Below are positions 27,349 through 36,957 of a DNA stretch of 41,545 bases, in pieces. The position numbers were made by a program, and so were the translations under genes. The stretch's first letter is position 1; each line of letters opens with the position of its first letter. The notes beneath the pieces are model-generated. The model saw nothing but the letters and a program-made list of their open reading frames with translations, was not told where the DNA came from and did no database searches. The stretch comes from Verrucomicrobiota bacterium (GTDB lineage: Bacteria > Verrucomicrobiota > Verrucomicrobiia > Chthoniobacterales > UBA10450). The DNA lies in contig JBEEGX010000011.1 of the NCBI GenBank assembly GCA_041167105.1, positions 1-41,545 of the forward strand, given 5' to 3'.

Positions 27349-28695
27349 TTAGAAGCTATAAGTGCCGTCGATCGAAACGCGATTTTGTTCGTAATCGCGC
27401 AATACCACATCGGAATCTTTTTGCGTGTACTGATAGCGCGCGCCGAGCGTGACGTGCGGCGTGAGTTGATAGCCGAGCGTGAGAGCGCCGCCAAAACGGT
27501 GCAGATGCTCATCGATGAAGCCGCCGGATTCATTGGCGTCCTCGTAGAAAAACTCGGTCGAGATGAGGGTGTTGCGCAGAATGTTCCAAGTGACGGTGTG
27601 ACGGACGTAATTAAGCTTGATCGCATTCGAGTTGATGCCGAGCTGATGTTCGTGGCCGGCGCTAAGCGTCTGCTTGAGCACGGCGTTGATGCGGTGCGAG
27701 ATGAGGATGTTGCCGTACCAATCCTCCTGGTCCTTTTGGTCCTGAAATAATGTGAAGCCGAAAAAGTTGACCGTCGCGCGATCGAATTTCATCCATTGAT
27801 AACCGCCAGCCGCGCGCACCTTGAGGAAGTTGGTTAACTGCACCTCGACAAAGCCGCCGAGGGAATAAACATCGGAGTCGTTGAGGATGTCGTCCGCATA
27901 ATCGGTGTGGACGAAATAGCCTTCGGGCCCGACACCGAGTGTCGAAGTGAGCAACAATTGAAGCGTGCCGGAAAGCTCCTCGGCGTTGCGATTGAGATAA
28001 TCAAAGTCGCTCGTCGTCGAGATGTAATTGTAATGGTCGTAACCCAGACTCACCAACGCCTTGTTCAAGTCCCACAAGAGGCCAATGCCGGCGGTGTTTT
28101 CGAAACGGCCGTAGTCTACCGTGTTGCTCAGCGCCGGTTCGGAGATCGGGTCCTGCTGCAATTGCGGACGGTCATGAATATTGATACGGAAGTCGCCCAC
28201 GAAAATGTCGAAGGCAAGCTGCGACCCGGGCGAAATGAGGATGCCGTTCGTGTTCGCGTTTGAATGATCGACATACAACGCGTAGCTCAGGCCCAGATCC
28301 AAACGCAGCGTATTCAGTTGTGTCACGGGCCAGATGGCGTCGAAGTTTACCTGCGGACGGATGATAAAATCGTCCTGAGTTTGACTGGTCACCACCACCC
28401 GACCACCACCCAATGAGTGGAACACCGCGGTGCCGTCATCGGCGAGATTGATATTGTCGTTGTACTCCACGCCCAAAGTCGCACTTACGCGAAAGCGAAC
28501 CGGGCCGAGCAAAAGATTGTAGGGCAGCCGGTCGATGTCTTGACGGCGCGCTTCGGCCGCTTCTTCGCCGGCAAGTGAAGGTCTAACCGCGTCTTGGGCG
28601 CGGAGCGCCGGCGCACAAGCGAGCGACAGCAAAATAATGAGCCCGATCCGTTTTAACGAGAACGCGGGCGAACTGTGGGTTGCATCACTAATCAT
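27349..28695 (-). CDS. Outer-membrane beta-barrel protein associated with the EPS export genes
   Basis: 448 aa. Signal peptide (RIGLIILLSLACAPALRAQD), alternating-hydrophobicity strands throughout, and a C-terminal aromatic residue (SIDGTYSF), as in OMPs. First gene of the minus-strand export block. Confidence 0.7.
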   Translation of the reverse strand: MISDATHSSPAFSLKRIGLIILLSLACAPALRAQDAVRPSLAGEEAAEARRQDIDRLPYNLLLGPVRFRVSATLGVEYNDNINLADDGTAVFHSLGGGRVVVTSQTQDDFIIRPQVNFDAIWPVTQLNTLRLDLGLSYALYVDHSNANTNGILISPGSQLAFDIFVGDFRINIHDRPQLQQDPISEPALSNTVDYGRFENTAGIGLLWDLNKALVSLGYDHYNYISTTSDFDYLNRNAEELSGTLQLLLTSTLGVGPEGYFVHTDYADDILNDSDVYSLGGFVEVQLTNFLKVRAAGGYQWMKFDRATVNFFGFTLFQDQKDQEDWYGNILISHRINAVLKQTLSAGHEHQLGINSNAIKLNYVRHTVTWNILRNTLISTEFFYEDANESGGFIDEHLHRFGGALTLGYQLTPHVTLGARYQYTQKDSDVVLRDYEQNRVSIDGTYSF

Positions 28696-28952
28696 AACGG
28701 TCAGGCAATTTTAAGGTTAGCAGTTGTAGTACCAAGCTCGTTTGCAGACGGCCGCCCTGTGGGAGGACGTGCGACTTCATGGCAGTCGTCTCCATACACG
28801 AATTCTCGGTCTTTGTTTCTCCTCTGGTCGAGCGCTCTTTCTACTCGCATACCCTGCGAGGAAGCAAGCGAAATCGCGCCCGCCCTGCTCGTCGCCGCCC
28901 GGCGCAGAAATTTTCCGAACGTGGCGCGCTCTAAGCTTTTAACCGTCGCACT
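28696..28952. promoter_or_regulatory. Divergent intergenic region between the EPS export operon and the secreted-protein gene
   Basis: 257-bp non-coding spacer between starts at 28695 (-) and 28953 (+). Locally lower GC at its left end. No motif could be assigned with confidence. Confidence 0.35.
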
Positions 28953-30164
28953 ATGATTCGCTTTTCTCCTAAAGCTTTCATCTTCGCGCTTGTCTCCGGC
29001 ATTGCCACCATGTCGATCTTCGCCGGATCAATGCCGAATGGTGACGGCCTCGCCAACCAGGCGAAAAATCTCGCGCGCATGAACTGCGGAGCTCAAATCG
29101 AATGCATCACTCCGGATGGCCGCGTTGTGCGTGTCACTCCCGCCGCGCCCGAGAACAGCGAAGCCGCCGCACTCATCATGGACGACGACACCGTGAGCTG
29201 CTCATTGGCGGAAGGCGAAACCAATTTCGTCATCGCATTGCCAAATCCGGCGCTGCTCGATCGCTTCACCTTTTTAAATGAAAACGCTGCCGCGCACGGC
29301 GAGCTCAGCATCGCCGTATCGAATTATCGTTTGCCGGCCAAGAGTGCGAAGTGGACGCCGGTCGAAGGCACCGTCGCTTTCACGAACAAGCGCACGTTTG
29401 ATCTCTCATTACTTGGCGTCGAAGCGAAATTCGTTCGCCTCACCTTCCGCGTGCAAAAAGAGGGACGCATCGCCGCGCTCGGTCTCTACGGCCAGCAATC
29501 GCTCGATCAATTCGGCGCCCGCCAGGGTCACGTCATGCAAGTGTCCAACGCCATCGACGGCAATCGCCCGGCGGATCGCGTCAATTTCAACTTCGCCAAC
29601 ACCTATGCCCGCGCGCATGTTCGCTTCGTTAGCTCCGGCGTCGTCGTCGACTCCGGCAAAATGATCGATGACGACCCGATCACCGCCTACACCTTTTCGT
29701 TCTCAGACCCGCATCCGACGGTTGTGGTCGAGCTTTCCGCTGTGCAACGACTTCATCGCGTCAGCGCCATTTATGATATGCACGCAGGTCGGCTTGATGT
29801 TTATGCATTGAACAAACTCACCGGCGATGTTGAAAATTTCGAGGGACTCAAGCCGATCGCTTCCGTGGTCGATCACGCCGGCGAAGGAAAAGCTTCGGTC
29901 GATTTCAATCCGCAAGGCGCTCGCTATATCGCGCTGCGCTGGATGCCGGAGAACTCTCGCGTGCAACATGAAAGTTTCCGCATCGCCGAGATCAATGCTT
30001 TCGGAAATGTGCCGCTTGCATTGCTCGACATGAATATGCCGCCGCAGCTTTTCGCCAACAGCAACGGATTTTCCACCGGACGTCCGGGTGACGGTGCGCC
30101 CGATTTGAGCAACACGCTCGGAACGCTCGCGGTTCCTCCGACGCTCCCGCCTGTAAGTCCATAA
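28953..30164 (+). CDS. Secreted protein with two discoidin/F5-8 type C-like (galactose-binding-like) domains
   Basis: 403 aa with signal peptide MIRFSPKAFIFALVSGIATMSIFAGS. Two segments end with the pattern typical of discoidin domains (FVRLTFRVQKEGRIAALGLYG and ARYIALRWMPENSRVQHESFRIAEINAFG). Moderate confidence in the family. Confidence 0.55.
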   Translation: MIRFSPKAFIFALVSGIATMSIFAGSMPNGDGLANQAKNLARMNCGAQIECITPDGRVVRVTPAAPENSEAAALIMDDDTVSCSLAEGETNFVIALPNPALLDRFTFLNENAAAHGELSIAVSNYRLPAKSAKWTPVEGTVAFTNKRTFDLSLLGVEAKFVRLTFRVQKEGRIAALGLYGQQSLDQFGARQGHVMQVSNAIDGNRPADRVNFNFANTYARAHVRFVSSGVVVDSGKMIDDDPITAYTFSFSDPHPTVVVELSAVQRLHRVSAIYDMHAGRLDVYALNKLTGDVENFEGLKPIASVVDHAGEGKASVDFNPQGARYIALRWMPENSRVQHESFRIAEINAFGNVPLALLDMNMPPQLFANSNGFSTGRPGDGAPDLSNTLGTLAVPPTLPPVSP

Positions 30165-30193
30165 CGGGCGCTTCGCGTTTGGCCGGACGAGTC

Positions 30194-30223
30194 GTTGTCG
30201 ATCTTAGTAGTTGTCGATCTTAG
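30194..30223 (+). repeat. Tandem direct pair of the dispersed motif: GTTGTCGATCTTAG-TA-GTTGTCGATCTTAG (16-bp period)
   Basis: Read directly from sequence. Two identical 14-mers at 30194-30207 and 30210-30223, in the spacer upstream of the hybrid kinase gene. Confidence 0.95.
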
Positions 30224-30415
30224 CGAAAACCGTTCTGATTTTTGAGACGCGTTCGCGAATCAATGCACGCACCGCGTCCATAAATTCTGCTTCGCCGCGA
30301 AATTTTCGCCACTGCTGTCGGTACCGCAACGAAGTCGCCAACGCGTTCGCGTACGCAAATTTACAGGCATGGAAGTAGCTCCCTTTTCTTGTCGCTTCAC
30401 CTTGGCTCGTCACTC

Positions 30416-32074
30416 ATGGGATCTACTACCGCTAATGACTCGTTAGGCATTGGCGCGACTTCCCAAGCGCGCGACCAAAAGCAGACACCACCACATGAAC
30501 ACTCCATCTACCAAATCAAAGACGGCGCCGACGCTCAAAACCATGCGGCGCAAAGTCAGGATTATCCTTCACTCCTTGCCCGGGCTACGAATGATGCAGT
30601 TCGGGATCTGGATTTAACGACCAACCGACTCGTCTGGCGGCAAGGCCTGCACGATCTCCTCGGTTACGATGCAAGATCGACATCGACCGACCTCGCGTTC
30701 TGGACTGAGCGCGTTCACCCCGAAGATCGTCTCCGCGTTGTCGGCTCGATTTGCGCCGCGCTCGATGGAACCGCCGAAAATTGGACCGGCGAATATCGAT
30801 TCCAACACGCCGATGGTTCCTACCTCCATCTGCTCGAACGCGCCGCCATTGTGCGCGACGAACAACGACGCGCCGTGCGCCTGCTCGGTTCGCTCATGGA
30901 TATCACCGAGCACAAACAACTGCACGACCAGCTGTGTCGCTCGCAAAAAATGGAAGCCTTCGGCCAGCTCGCCGGCGGCGCCGCCCACGACTTCAGTAAT
31001 TATCTCACGACCATTCTCGGCTACAGCGATCTCCTACTCGCTGAAACCGCGTCGAAAAATACCATCACCAATCACGTCACCGAAATCCGCAATGCGGCGG
31101 TGCGCGCGGCGTATCTCACCGCGCAATTGCTCGCCTTCAGTCGCCAGCAAAATCTTGAAGCGCGCGTCCTGGAAATAAATTCCTTCATTCACGGACTGGA
31201 CGGGTCCGTTCTGCGTTTGTTAGGCGAAAACGTCACCGTCACTTGCGATTTGCACCACGATAAAAACGGCGCGTTCATCAAAATCGATCCGGGTCAGCTC
31301 ACTCAAGTCGTCTTGAATCTTGCGCTCAATGCGCGCGATGCCATGCCCGAAGGCGGCGCGCTTGTCATCAAAACTTCTGTGGCCGATTTCACGCAAGATC
31401 GACAATTGGAAGATCGACATCTGCGCGCCAGCGGCGATCCGATTTCCGCCGGCGAATACGTTGTCATCACCATCCGCGATAACGGCACGGGCATGACCGA
31501 CGCAGTGAAAGCGCATTTGTTTCAGCCGTTCTTCACTACCAAACCCGAAGGCGGTCTTGGTCTCTCCGCCTCCTACGGAATCGTCAGGCAATGCGGCGGC
31601 CGGATTGTGGTCGAGAGCGATTTGGGTAAAGGCACGCAGGTCGATGTTTATCTGCCCCGCGTCGGTCCGCCGGCCTATCGCCGCATCAACAACAAGAAAA
31701 TGCCCACCGGCACCGAGACCATTCTCGTGCTCGAAGACGATGTCAGCGTTCGCCACATTTCCGTCCGTGTTCTGCGTTCGTTAGGCTATGACGTCATCGA
31801 AGCGGGCAACGGCGATGACGCGCAACGCATGATCACGCAGCGCTCGAATGACGATGTCGATCTTGTCTTGAGCGACATTGTCATGCCGAACATGAGCGGC
31901 CGGCACTTTGCCGAGTGGCTGCGAAAGACAAGCCCGCGCATTAAAATCGTTCTCGTCTCCGGTTATCTCGACGAATCGGACGAAGCCAACGCCGAGCCCG
32001 GAATGTTTTTCCTGCCGAAACCGTTCGATCCGGAACAACTCGCGCAAAGCATTCGTCACGCGCTCGACACGTAG
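30416..32074 (+). CDS. Hybrid sensor histidine kinase / response regulator (PAS - HisKA - HATPase_c - REC)
   Basis: PAS-like region (WRQGLHDLLGYD...EDRLRVVGSICAALDGTAENWTGEYRFQHADGSY). H-box FGQLAGGAAHDFSNYLTTILGYSDLL. ATPase N/G boxes (LNLALNARDAMPEGG, RDNGTGM, GGLGLS). C-terminal receiver domain ILVLEDDVSVRHI...DLVLSDIVMPNMSG...VSGY. The ORF track starts at TTG 30389; I use ATG 30416. Confidence 0.85.
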   Translation: MGSTTANDSLGIGATSQARDQKQTPPHEHSIYQIKDGADAQNHAAQSQDYPSLLARATNDAVRDLDLTTNRLVWRQGLHDLLGYDARSTSTDLAFWTERVHPEDRLRVVGSICAALDGTAENWTGEYRFQHADGSYLHLLERAAIVRDEQRRAVRLLGSLMDITEHKQLHDQLCRSQKMEAFGQLAGGAAHDFSNYLTTILGYSDLLLAETASKNTITNHVTEIRNAAVRAAYLTAQLLAFSRQQNLEARVLEINSFIHGLDGSVLRLLGENVTVTCDLHHDKNGAFIKIDPGQLTQVVLNLALNARDAMPEGGALVIKTSVADFTQDRQLEDRHLRASGDPISAGEYVVITIRDNGTGMTDAVKAHLFQPFFTTKPEGGLGLSASYGIVRQCGGRIVVESDLGKGTQVDVYLPRVGPPAYRRINNKKMPTGTETILVLEDDVSVRHISVRVLRSLGYDVIEAGNGDDAQRMITQRSNDDVDLVLSDIVMPNMSGRHFAEWLRKTSPRIKIVLVSGYLDESDEANAEPGMFFLPKPFDPEQLAQSIRHALDT

Positions 32075-32102
32075 TTGTCGATCTTGTTCGTTGTCGATCT
32101 TG
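32074..32102 (+). repeat. Tandem direct pair of the dispersed motif: GTTGTCGATCTTG-TTC-GTTGTCGATCTTG (16-bp period)
   Basis: Read directly from sequence. Two identical 13-mers at 32074-32086 and 32090-32102. The first base is the G of the kinase TAG stop, and the pair ends 18 nt before the ilvA start. Confidence 0.95.
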
Positions 32103-32119
32103 CGCCAAGTTGACGGCGC

Positions 32120-33331
32120 GTGATTTCGTTTAAAGACATCGAAGCCGCGCGCGAACGCATCAAGGGCGCGGTCTGTTACTCGCCTTGCCCGCCGTCCGTC
32201 GCGCTAAGCGAGCTCACCGGCATGCAGATTTTCTGCAAGCAGGAGCAACTTCAGCATACCGGCAGTTTTAAGGAGCGCGGCGCGCGCAACGCGCTCATGC
32301 AATTGCCTAACGAGCAGCAAAAGCGGGGCGTTATCGCCGCTTCCGCCGGAAATCACGCGCAGGCCCTCGCATATCAGGGCGGCTTGTTAGGCATTCAAGC
32401 GACCGTGGTCATGCCGAAGTTCGCGCCGTTGATGAAGATCAACAATTGCCAGAAGCTCGGCGCCGATGTGGTGTTGCACGGAAATGATTTCGGCGAAGCG
32501 CGTGCGCGTGCGCATGAGATCGGCCAAGAGAAAGGTCTCGCCTACATCAATGGCTACGATGATCCCGCCATCATCGCGGGACAGGGTTCGTTAGGCATCG
32601 AGATTCTCGAACAAGTTCCCGATGTCGATCTTATCGTGGTCCCGGTGGGCGGCGCGGGATTGATCGGCGGAGTCGCGCTCGCGGTGAAAACATTGCGACC
32701 GCAAACAAAAGTCATCGCGGTCGAAGCCGAGAACGTCGCCAGTTTCGCCGCCGCGCTCGAAGCGCACCAACCGACGCGCATCGCCGCCCAACCGACGCTC
32801 GCTGACGGTCTCGCCATTCCGCAGGTCGGCGCAAACGGTTTCGAGCTCGCACGCGAACATGTCGATCAAACGGTCATCGTGACTGAAGAACAAATCGCCA
32901 TCTCGATCTTGCGCATTGTCGAGTTGGAGAAAGCTGTCGTGGAAGGCGCAGCCGCGACATCGCTGGCCGCCTGTTTGTCGGGACAACTGAATGAATTCGC
33001 CGGCCAGCGCGCAGTGTTGCTCTTCACCGGCGGCAATATCGACCCGAATGTTTTGAGTCGCGTGATCGAGCGCGGACTCGTCGCCGACGGCCGACTTTGT
33101 CGATTCACTGCCGTCATTAGCGATCGACCCGGCGGTCTCGGGGACCTTGCCACGCAAATCGCCGCGACCGGCGCGAGCATCAAACAAGTCGTGCACGATC
33201 GCGCCTTCGGCAGCGCGGATGTTTCACACGTGCACGTGCGTTGCACGGTCGAGACGCGCAATCACGAACATCTCGCGCAATTGCGCGCGCATCTGAAGAG
33301 CCACGGCGTCGAGACGTACGATTCCAAATAG
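32120..33331 (+). CDS. ilvA: Threonine ammonia-lyase (threonine dehydratase), short form with one C-terminal ACT-like domain
   Basis: 403 aa. PLP-lysine motif HTGSFKERGARNAL, glycine loop VVPVGGAGLIGGVA, and a C-terminal regulatory domain (CRFTAVISDRPGGLGDLATQIA). GTG start. Confidence 0.9.
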   Translation: MISFKDIEAARERIKGAVCYSPCPPSVALSELTGMQIFCKQEQLQHTGSFKERGARNALMQLPNEQQKRGVIAASAGNHAQALAYQGGLLGIQATVVMPKFAPLMKINNCQKLGADVVLHGNDFGEARARAHEIGQEKGLAYINGYDDPAIIAGQGSLGIEILEQVPDVDLIVVPVGGAGLIGGVALAVKTLRPQTKVIAVEAENVASFAAALEAHQPTRIAAQPTLADGLAIPQVGANGFELAREHVDQTVIVTEEQIAISILRIVELEKAVVEGAAATSLAACLSGQLNEFAGQRAVLLFTGGNIDPNVLSRVIERGLVADGRLCRFTAVISDRPGGLGDLATQIAATGASIKQVVHDRAFGSADVSHVHVRCTVETRNHEHLAQLRAHLKSHGVETYDSK

Positions 33332-33333
33332 TT

Positions 33334-33351
33334 GAACGCGCGGGCGCGTTC
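33334..33351 (+). other. Short GC hairpin between ilvA and gcvP (GAACGCGC-GG-GCGCGTTC)
   Basis: Perfect 8-nt inverted repeat just after the ilvA stop. No following T-tract, so it is not a convincing intrinsic terminator. Confidence 0.3.
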
Positions 33352-33365
33352 CATACCGTGACGCA

Positions 33366-36230
33366 ATGCATGCGCGACAGGAATACAAGATCGACCTCGA
33401 CTCCTTTGCGCGGCGTCATATCGGCCCTAACGAATCTGAAGTTGGCGCAATGTTGCGCGAACTCGATTTCGACAATCTCGATGCACTGATCGACGCGACC
33501 GTTCCGAAAAATATCCGCTTAGATCGACAACTCGATTTGCCGGAAGCGAAATCGGAAGCACAGGCGCTGTCGGAGCTGCGCACGATTTCGAAGAAGAACA
33601 AAGTCGCGAAGAATTTTATCGGCGCTGGTTACTCCGATTCGATCACGCCGCCGGTGATTCAGCGAAACATTCTCGAGAACCCCGGTTGGTATACTGCCTA
33701 CACACCGTATCAGGCCGAGCTCGCGCAAGGCCGGCTCGAAGCGCTGCTCAATTTCCAAACCATGATCACCGATCTCACAGCGATGGAGATCGCGAATGCG
33801 TCGATGCTCGATGAAGCCACTTCCGCAGCGGAGGCGATGGCGCTCTGTCATGCGGCGGTGCCGGGCCGGAAAACATTTTTGGTTTCGGACGATTGCCATC
33901 CGCAAACGATCGAGGTCGTGACTACGCGCGCGAAGCCGCTCGGCATTCAGATTAAGATCGACCATCACGTTAACTTCGATTTTGACGAGGATGTTTTTGG
34001 CGCGCTCCTGCAATTTCCCGCTACTGATGGTGAGGTTCACGATTACTCCGCGCTCGTTAGGCCGGCGCACGAGGCCGGCGCGCTCGTGGTGGTGGCGGCC
34101 GATATTCTCGCGCTCACTCTCTTCAAACCGCCGGGCGAGTTCGATGTCGATGTTGTCGTCGGCAGCACGCAGCGCTTCGGGGTTCCGTTAGGCTACGGCG
34201 GGCCACACGCGGGATTTTTTGCCACGCGCGACAAATACAAACGTCACATGCCCGGCCGGCTCGTCGGCGTTTCGCATGATGCTGAAGGTCGCCCGGGCTA
34301 TCGACTCGCATTGCAAACGCGCGAGCAACATATCCGTCGCGACAAAGCCACCAGTAATATTTGCACCGCGCAAGTTTTGCTCGCGGTCATCGCCTCGATG
34401 TATGCGGTCTATCACGGACCGCGCGGCTTGCGCGCTATCGCCGAACGCCTGGATGAAATGACGCGGCGCCTTTGCGTTTCTCTCGAGGACGTTGGCTTCG
34501 GTGTCGCGCACGAATTTTTCTTCGACACGCTTCATGTCGCGCTCGGCCATCAGGGAAACGCGGAGCACTTTCTTGCGCGAGCCGCGTCTGTCGGGATGAA
34601 TTTGCGCAAACTCGGCGAGAACACCGTCGGCATCTCGATCGACGAAACGACGACCGAAGCAGACCTCGCGCACCTGTGCGAAGTGTTTGAGGCGAAGATC
34701 GACAGTTCGTCCGATTACGAATCTTTCCGCGATCCGCCGTCGCTCCTGCGCACTTCCGATTTCCTAACGCACCCGATCTTCAATACGCATCACACCGAGA
34801 CCGAAATGCTGCGTTACATCAAGCGGCTCGAGTCGCGCGATTTGTCGCTCTGTCATTCCATGATTCCGCTCGGCTCATGCACGATGAAACTGAACGCGAC
34901 CGCGGAAATGTTTCCGCTTTCGTGGCCGGAATTTTCGAAGCTACATCCGTTTGCGCCTAACGAACAGGCGACCGGTTACATCGACATGTGCAAGCAGCTG
35001 GAAGATTGGCTCGCGGAAATCACCGGCTTCGCTGCCGTATCGTTGCAGCCGAATGCGGGATCGCAAGGTGAATACGCGGGCTTGCTCGCGATCCGCGAAT
35101 ATCACAATTCGCGCGGTGAACCGCATCGCAACGTTTGTCTCATTCCGAATTCGGCGCACGGAACGAATCCGGCCAGCGCGGTCATGGCCGGTCTGCGCGT
35201 CGTCGCGGTCGCGACGTTGAAAGATGGAGATGTCGATCTTGCCGATCTTCGCGCGAAAGCCGACGCGCACGCGCGCGATCTCGCCGCCATCATGATCACA
35301 TATCCGAGCACGCACGGCGTGTTCGAGCCGACCATTCGCGAAATCTGCGAAATCGTGCACGCGCACGGCGGCCAGGTTTATCTCGACGGCGCGAACATGA
35401 ACGCACAGGTCGGACTCTGCCGTCCCGGCGATTACGGCGCCGATGTTTGCCATTTGAATTTGCACAAGACGTTTTGCATTCCGCACGGCGGCGGCGGACC
35501 CGGCGTCGGACCGATCGGTGTCGCGCCACATCTCGTTCCGTTTTTGCCGGCGGCGGCGACGTTGAATGACGATGTCGATCTTACCAACCGCGTCGGGCCA
35601 GTCGCGCAAGCGCCCTATGGCAGCGCGAGCATTCTCACGATCTCGTGGATGTATATCCGCATGATGGGACCGATCGGCCTAACGGATGCGAGCAAGATCG
35701 CGATTCTGAATGCGAACTACATCGCGAAACGACTCGACCCGCATTTTCCGGTCTTGTTCAAAGGCAAACGCGGCCTCGTCGCGCATGAGTGCATTGTCGA
35801 TCTTCGCCAATTTAAAAGTATCGGCATCGAAGTCGAAGACGTGGCGAAACGTTTGATGGATTACGGATTTCACGCGCCGACAGTTTCGTTTCCGGTTGCC
35901 GGCACGATGATGATCGAGCCGACCGAGAGCGAATCGAAAGATGAGCTCGACCGTTTTTGCGATGCGATGATTTCCATTCGAAAGGAAATCGAAGCCGTCG
36001 CGAACGGCACGCAAGATCGACATAACAATTTGCTCAAAAACGCGCCGCACACCACGCGACAGATCGCCGCGGAAAAATGGGAACATCCCTACACGCGCGA
36101 GCAAGCGGCGTTTCCCGCGCCGTGGACACGCGAGCACAAATTCTGGCCGAGCGTCGCGCGCATCGACAACGTCTACGGCGATCGGAATTTATTCTGTTCC
36201 TGTCCGCCGGTCGAAGGCTTCGAAGACTGA
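33366..36230 (+). CDS. gcvP: Glycine dehydrogenase (decarboxylating), glycine cleavage system P protein, single-chain form
   Basis: 954 aa, collinear with single-chain GcvP. Conserved strings include [115 protein letters not shown] and [13 protein letters not shown]. Confidence 0.95.
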   Translation: MHARQEYKIDLDSFARRHIGPNESEVGAMLRELDFDNLDALIDATVPKNIRLDRQLDLPEAKSEAQALSELRTISKKNKVAKNFIGAGYSDSITPPVIQRNILENPGWYTAYTPYQAELAQGRLEALLNFQTMITDLTAMEIANASMLDEATSAAEAMALCHAAVPGRKTFLVSDDCHPQTIEVVTTRAKPLGIQIKIDHHVNFDFDEDVFGALLQFPATDGEVHDYSALVRPAHEAGALVVVAADILALTLFKPPGEFDVDVVVGSTQRFGVPLGYGGPHAGFFATRDKYKRHMPGRLVGVSHDAEGRPGYRLALQTREQHIRRDKATSNICTAQVLLAVIASMYAVYHGPRGLRAIAERLDEMTRRLCVSLEDVGFGVAHEFFFDTLHVALGHQGNAEHFLARAASVGMNLRKLGENTVGISIDETTTEADLAHLCEVFEAKIDSSSDYESFRDPPSLLRTSDFLTHPIFNTHHTETEMLRYIKRLESRDLSLCHSMIPLGSCTMKLNATAEMFPLSWPEFSKLHPFAPNEQATGYIDMCKQLEDWLAEITGFAAVSLQPNAGSQGEYAGLLAIREYHNSRGEPHRNVCLIPNSAHGTNPASAVMAGLRVVAVATLKDGDVDLADLRAKADAHARDLAAIMITYPSTHGVFEPTIREICEIVHAHGGQVYLDGANMNAQVGLCRPGDYGADVCHLNLHKTFCIPHGGGGPGVGPIGVAPHLVPFLPAAATLNDDVDLTNRVGPVAQAPYGSASILTISWMYIRMMGPIGLTDASKIAILNANYIAKRLDPHFPVLFKGKRGLVAHECIVDLRQFKSIGIEVEDVAKRLMDYGFHAPTVSFPVAGTMMIEPTESESKDELDRFCDAMISIRKEIEAVANGTQDRHNNLLKNAPHTTRQIAAEKWEHPYTREQAAFPAPWTREHKFWPSVARIDNVYGDRNLFCSCPPVEGFED

Positions 36231-36871
36231 CAAGCGGCGGCGGCGAGCAGCTCGCGGACTTCGTCGTCCGTCGTCTGCGCAAAGTTTTCATAGAACTGGC
36301 CGACGGCGTGAAAATATTCCGGCGCGGTCGCGCAGATTGTTTCGTCGGCGAGTGATTCGAGTTCGCGGCATGTTTCGGGCGCGCCGACTGGGACAGCCAC
36401 AATAATTTTCGCGGCGCCTTCCTGCCGCAACGCCGTCACGGCCGCACGCATAGTCGCGCCGGTGGCGAGGCCGTCATCGACCAGAATGACAGTGCGGCCG
36501 CGCACGTCGAGCGGCGGACGATCGTCGCGATAAAGTTTTTCGCGGCGCGCGACCTCGGCTTGTTCGCGGACAGTCACGGCATCAATGATCTCCATCGCGT
36601 TCGGCAACGCACGGACGACGTCGTCGTTCAAAACGCGCACGCCGCCCGAAGCGATGGCGCCGGCGGCGAGTTCTTCGAAACCGGGCACGCCGAGTTTGCG
36701 AACGATGAAGACGTCGAGCGGCGCGCGGAGGCGTTTCGCAATTTCGTAGGCGACGGGAACACCGCCGCGCGGCAGGCCGAGCACGATGACGTCGTCGCGC
36801 CCGAAATAGTTATTGTCGATCTTGCCGGCTAAAATTTCGCCGGCTTCATGTCGATCTTGAAAGATGCGCAT
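36173..36871 (-). CDS. Phosphoribosyltransferase-family protein
   Basis: 232 aa. N-terminus [15 protein letters not shown]...[16 protein letters not shown] and PRPP-binding loop [18 protein letters not shown]. The 3' end overlaps the gcvP 3' end by 58 nt (convergent). Confidence 0.8.
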   Translation of the reverse strand: MRIFQDRHEAGEILAGKIDNNYFGRDDVIVLGLPRGGVPVAYEIAKRLRAPLDVFIVRKLGVPGFEELAAGAIASGGVRVLNDDVVRALPNAMEIIDAVTVREQAEVARREKLYRDDRPPLDVRGRTVILVDDGLATGATMRAAVTALRQEGAAKIIVAVPVGAPETCRELESLADETICATAPEYFHAVGQFYENFAQTTDDEVRELLAAAACQSSKPSTGGQEQNKFRSP

Positions 36872-36915
36872 CTATCAAACGCTACGCTCTAGCGCGGTGC
36901 GATAGATTGCAAAGA

Positions 36916-36938
36916 TTTCGCGGCGAGACGCCGCGAAA
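36916..36938 (-). terminator. Putative intrinsic terminator hairpin after the FAD-oxidoreductase gene
   Basis: Perfect 10-bp GC-rich stem TTTCGCGGCG-AGA-CGCCGCGAAA, 20 nt downstream of the stop at 36958. On the minus strand it is followed by TCTTTG, a weak U-tract. Confidence 0.4.
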
Positions 36939-36957
36939 CGCGCCGGGGACAGCCGCG

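Noticed and set aside
30204-30413. 69-aa minus-strand ORF (GTG start) between the discoidin-like gene and the kinase, ending FAKIDNY.
   Set aside because: It lies in a lower-GC spacer that most likely holds the kinase promoter. It overlaps the alternative kinase start and has no recognisable family. Its C-terminus is simply the translation of the tandem motif pair. A small protein or antisense RNA cannot be excluded, but support is insufficient.
30194-32102. Tandem motif pairs as intrinsic transcription terminators.
   Set aside because: They are direct repeats, not inverted ones. No stem-loop or U-tract can be drawn.
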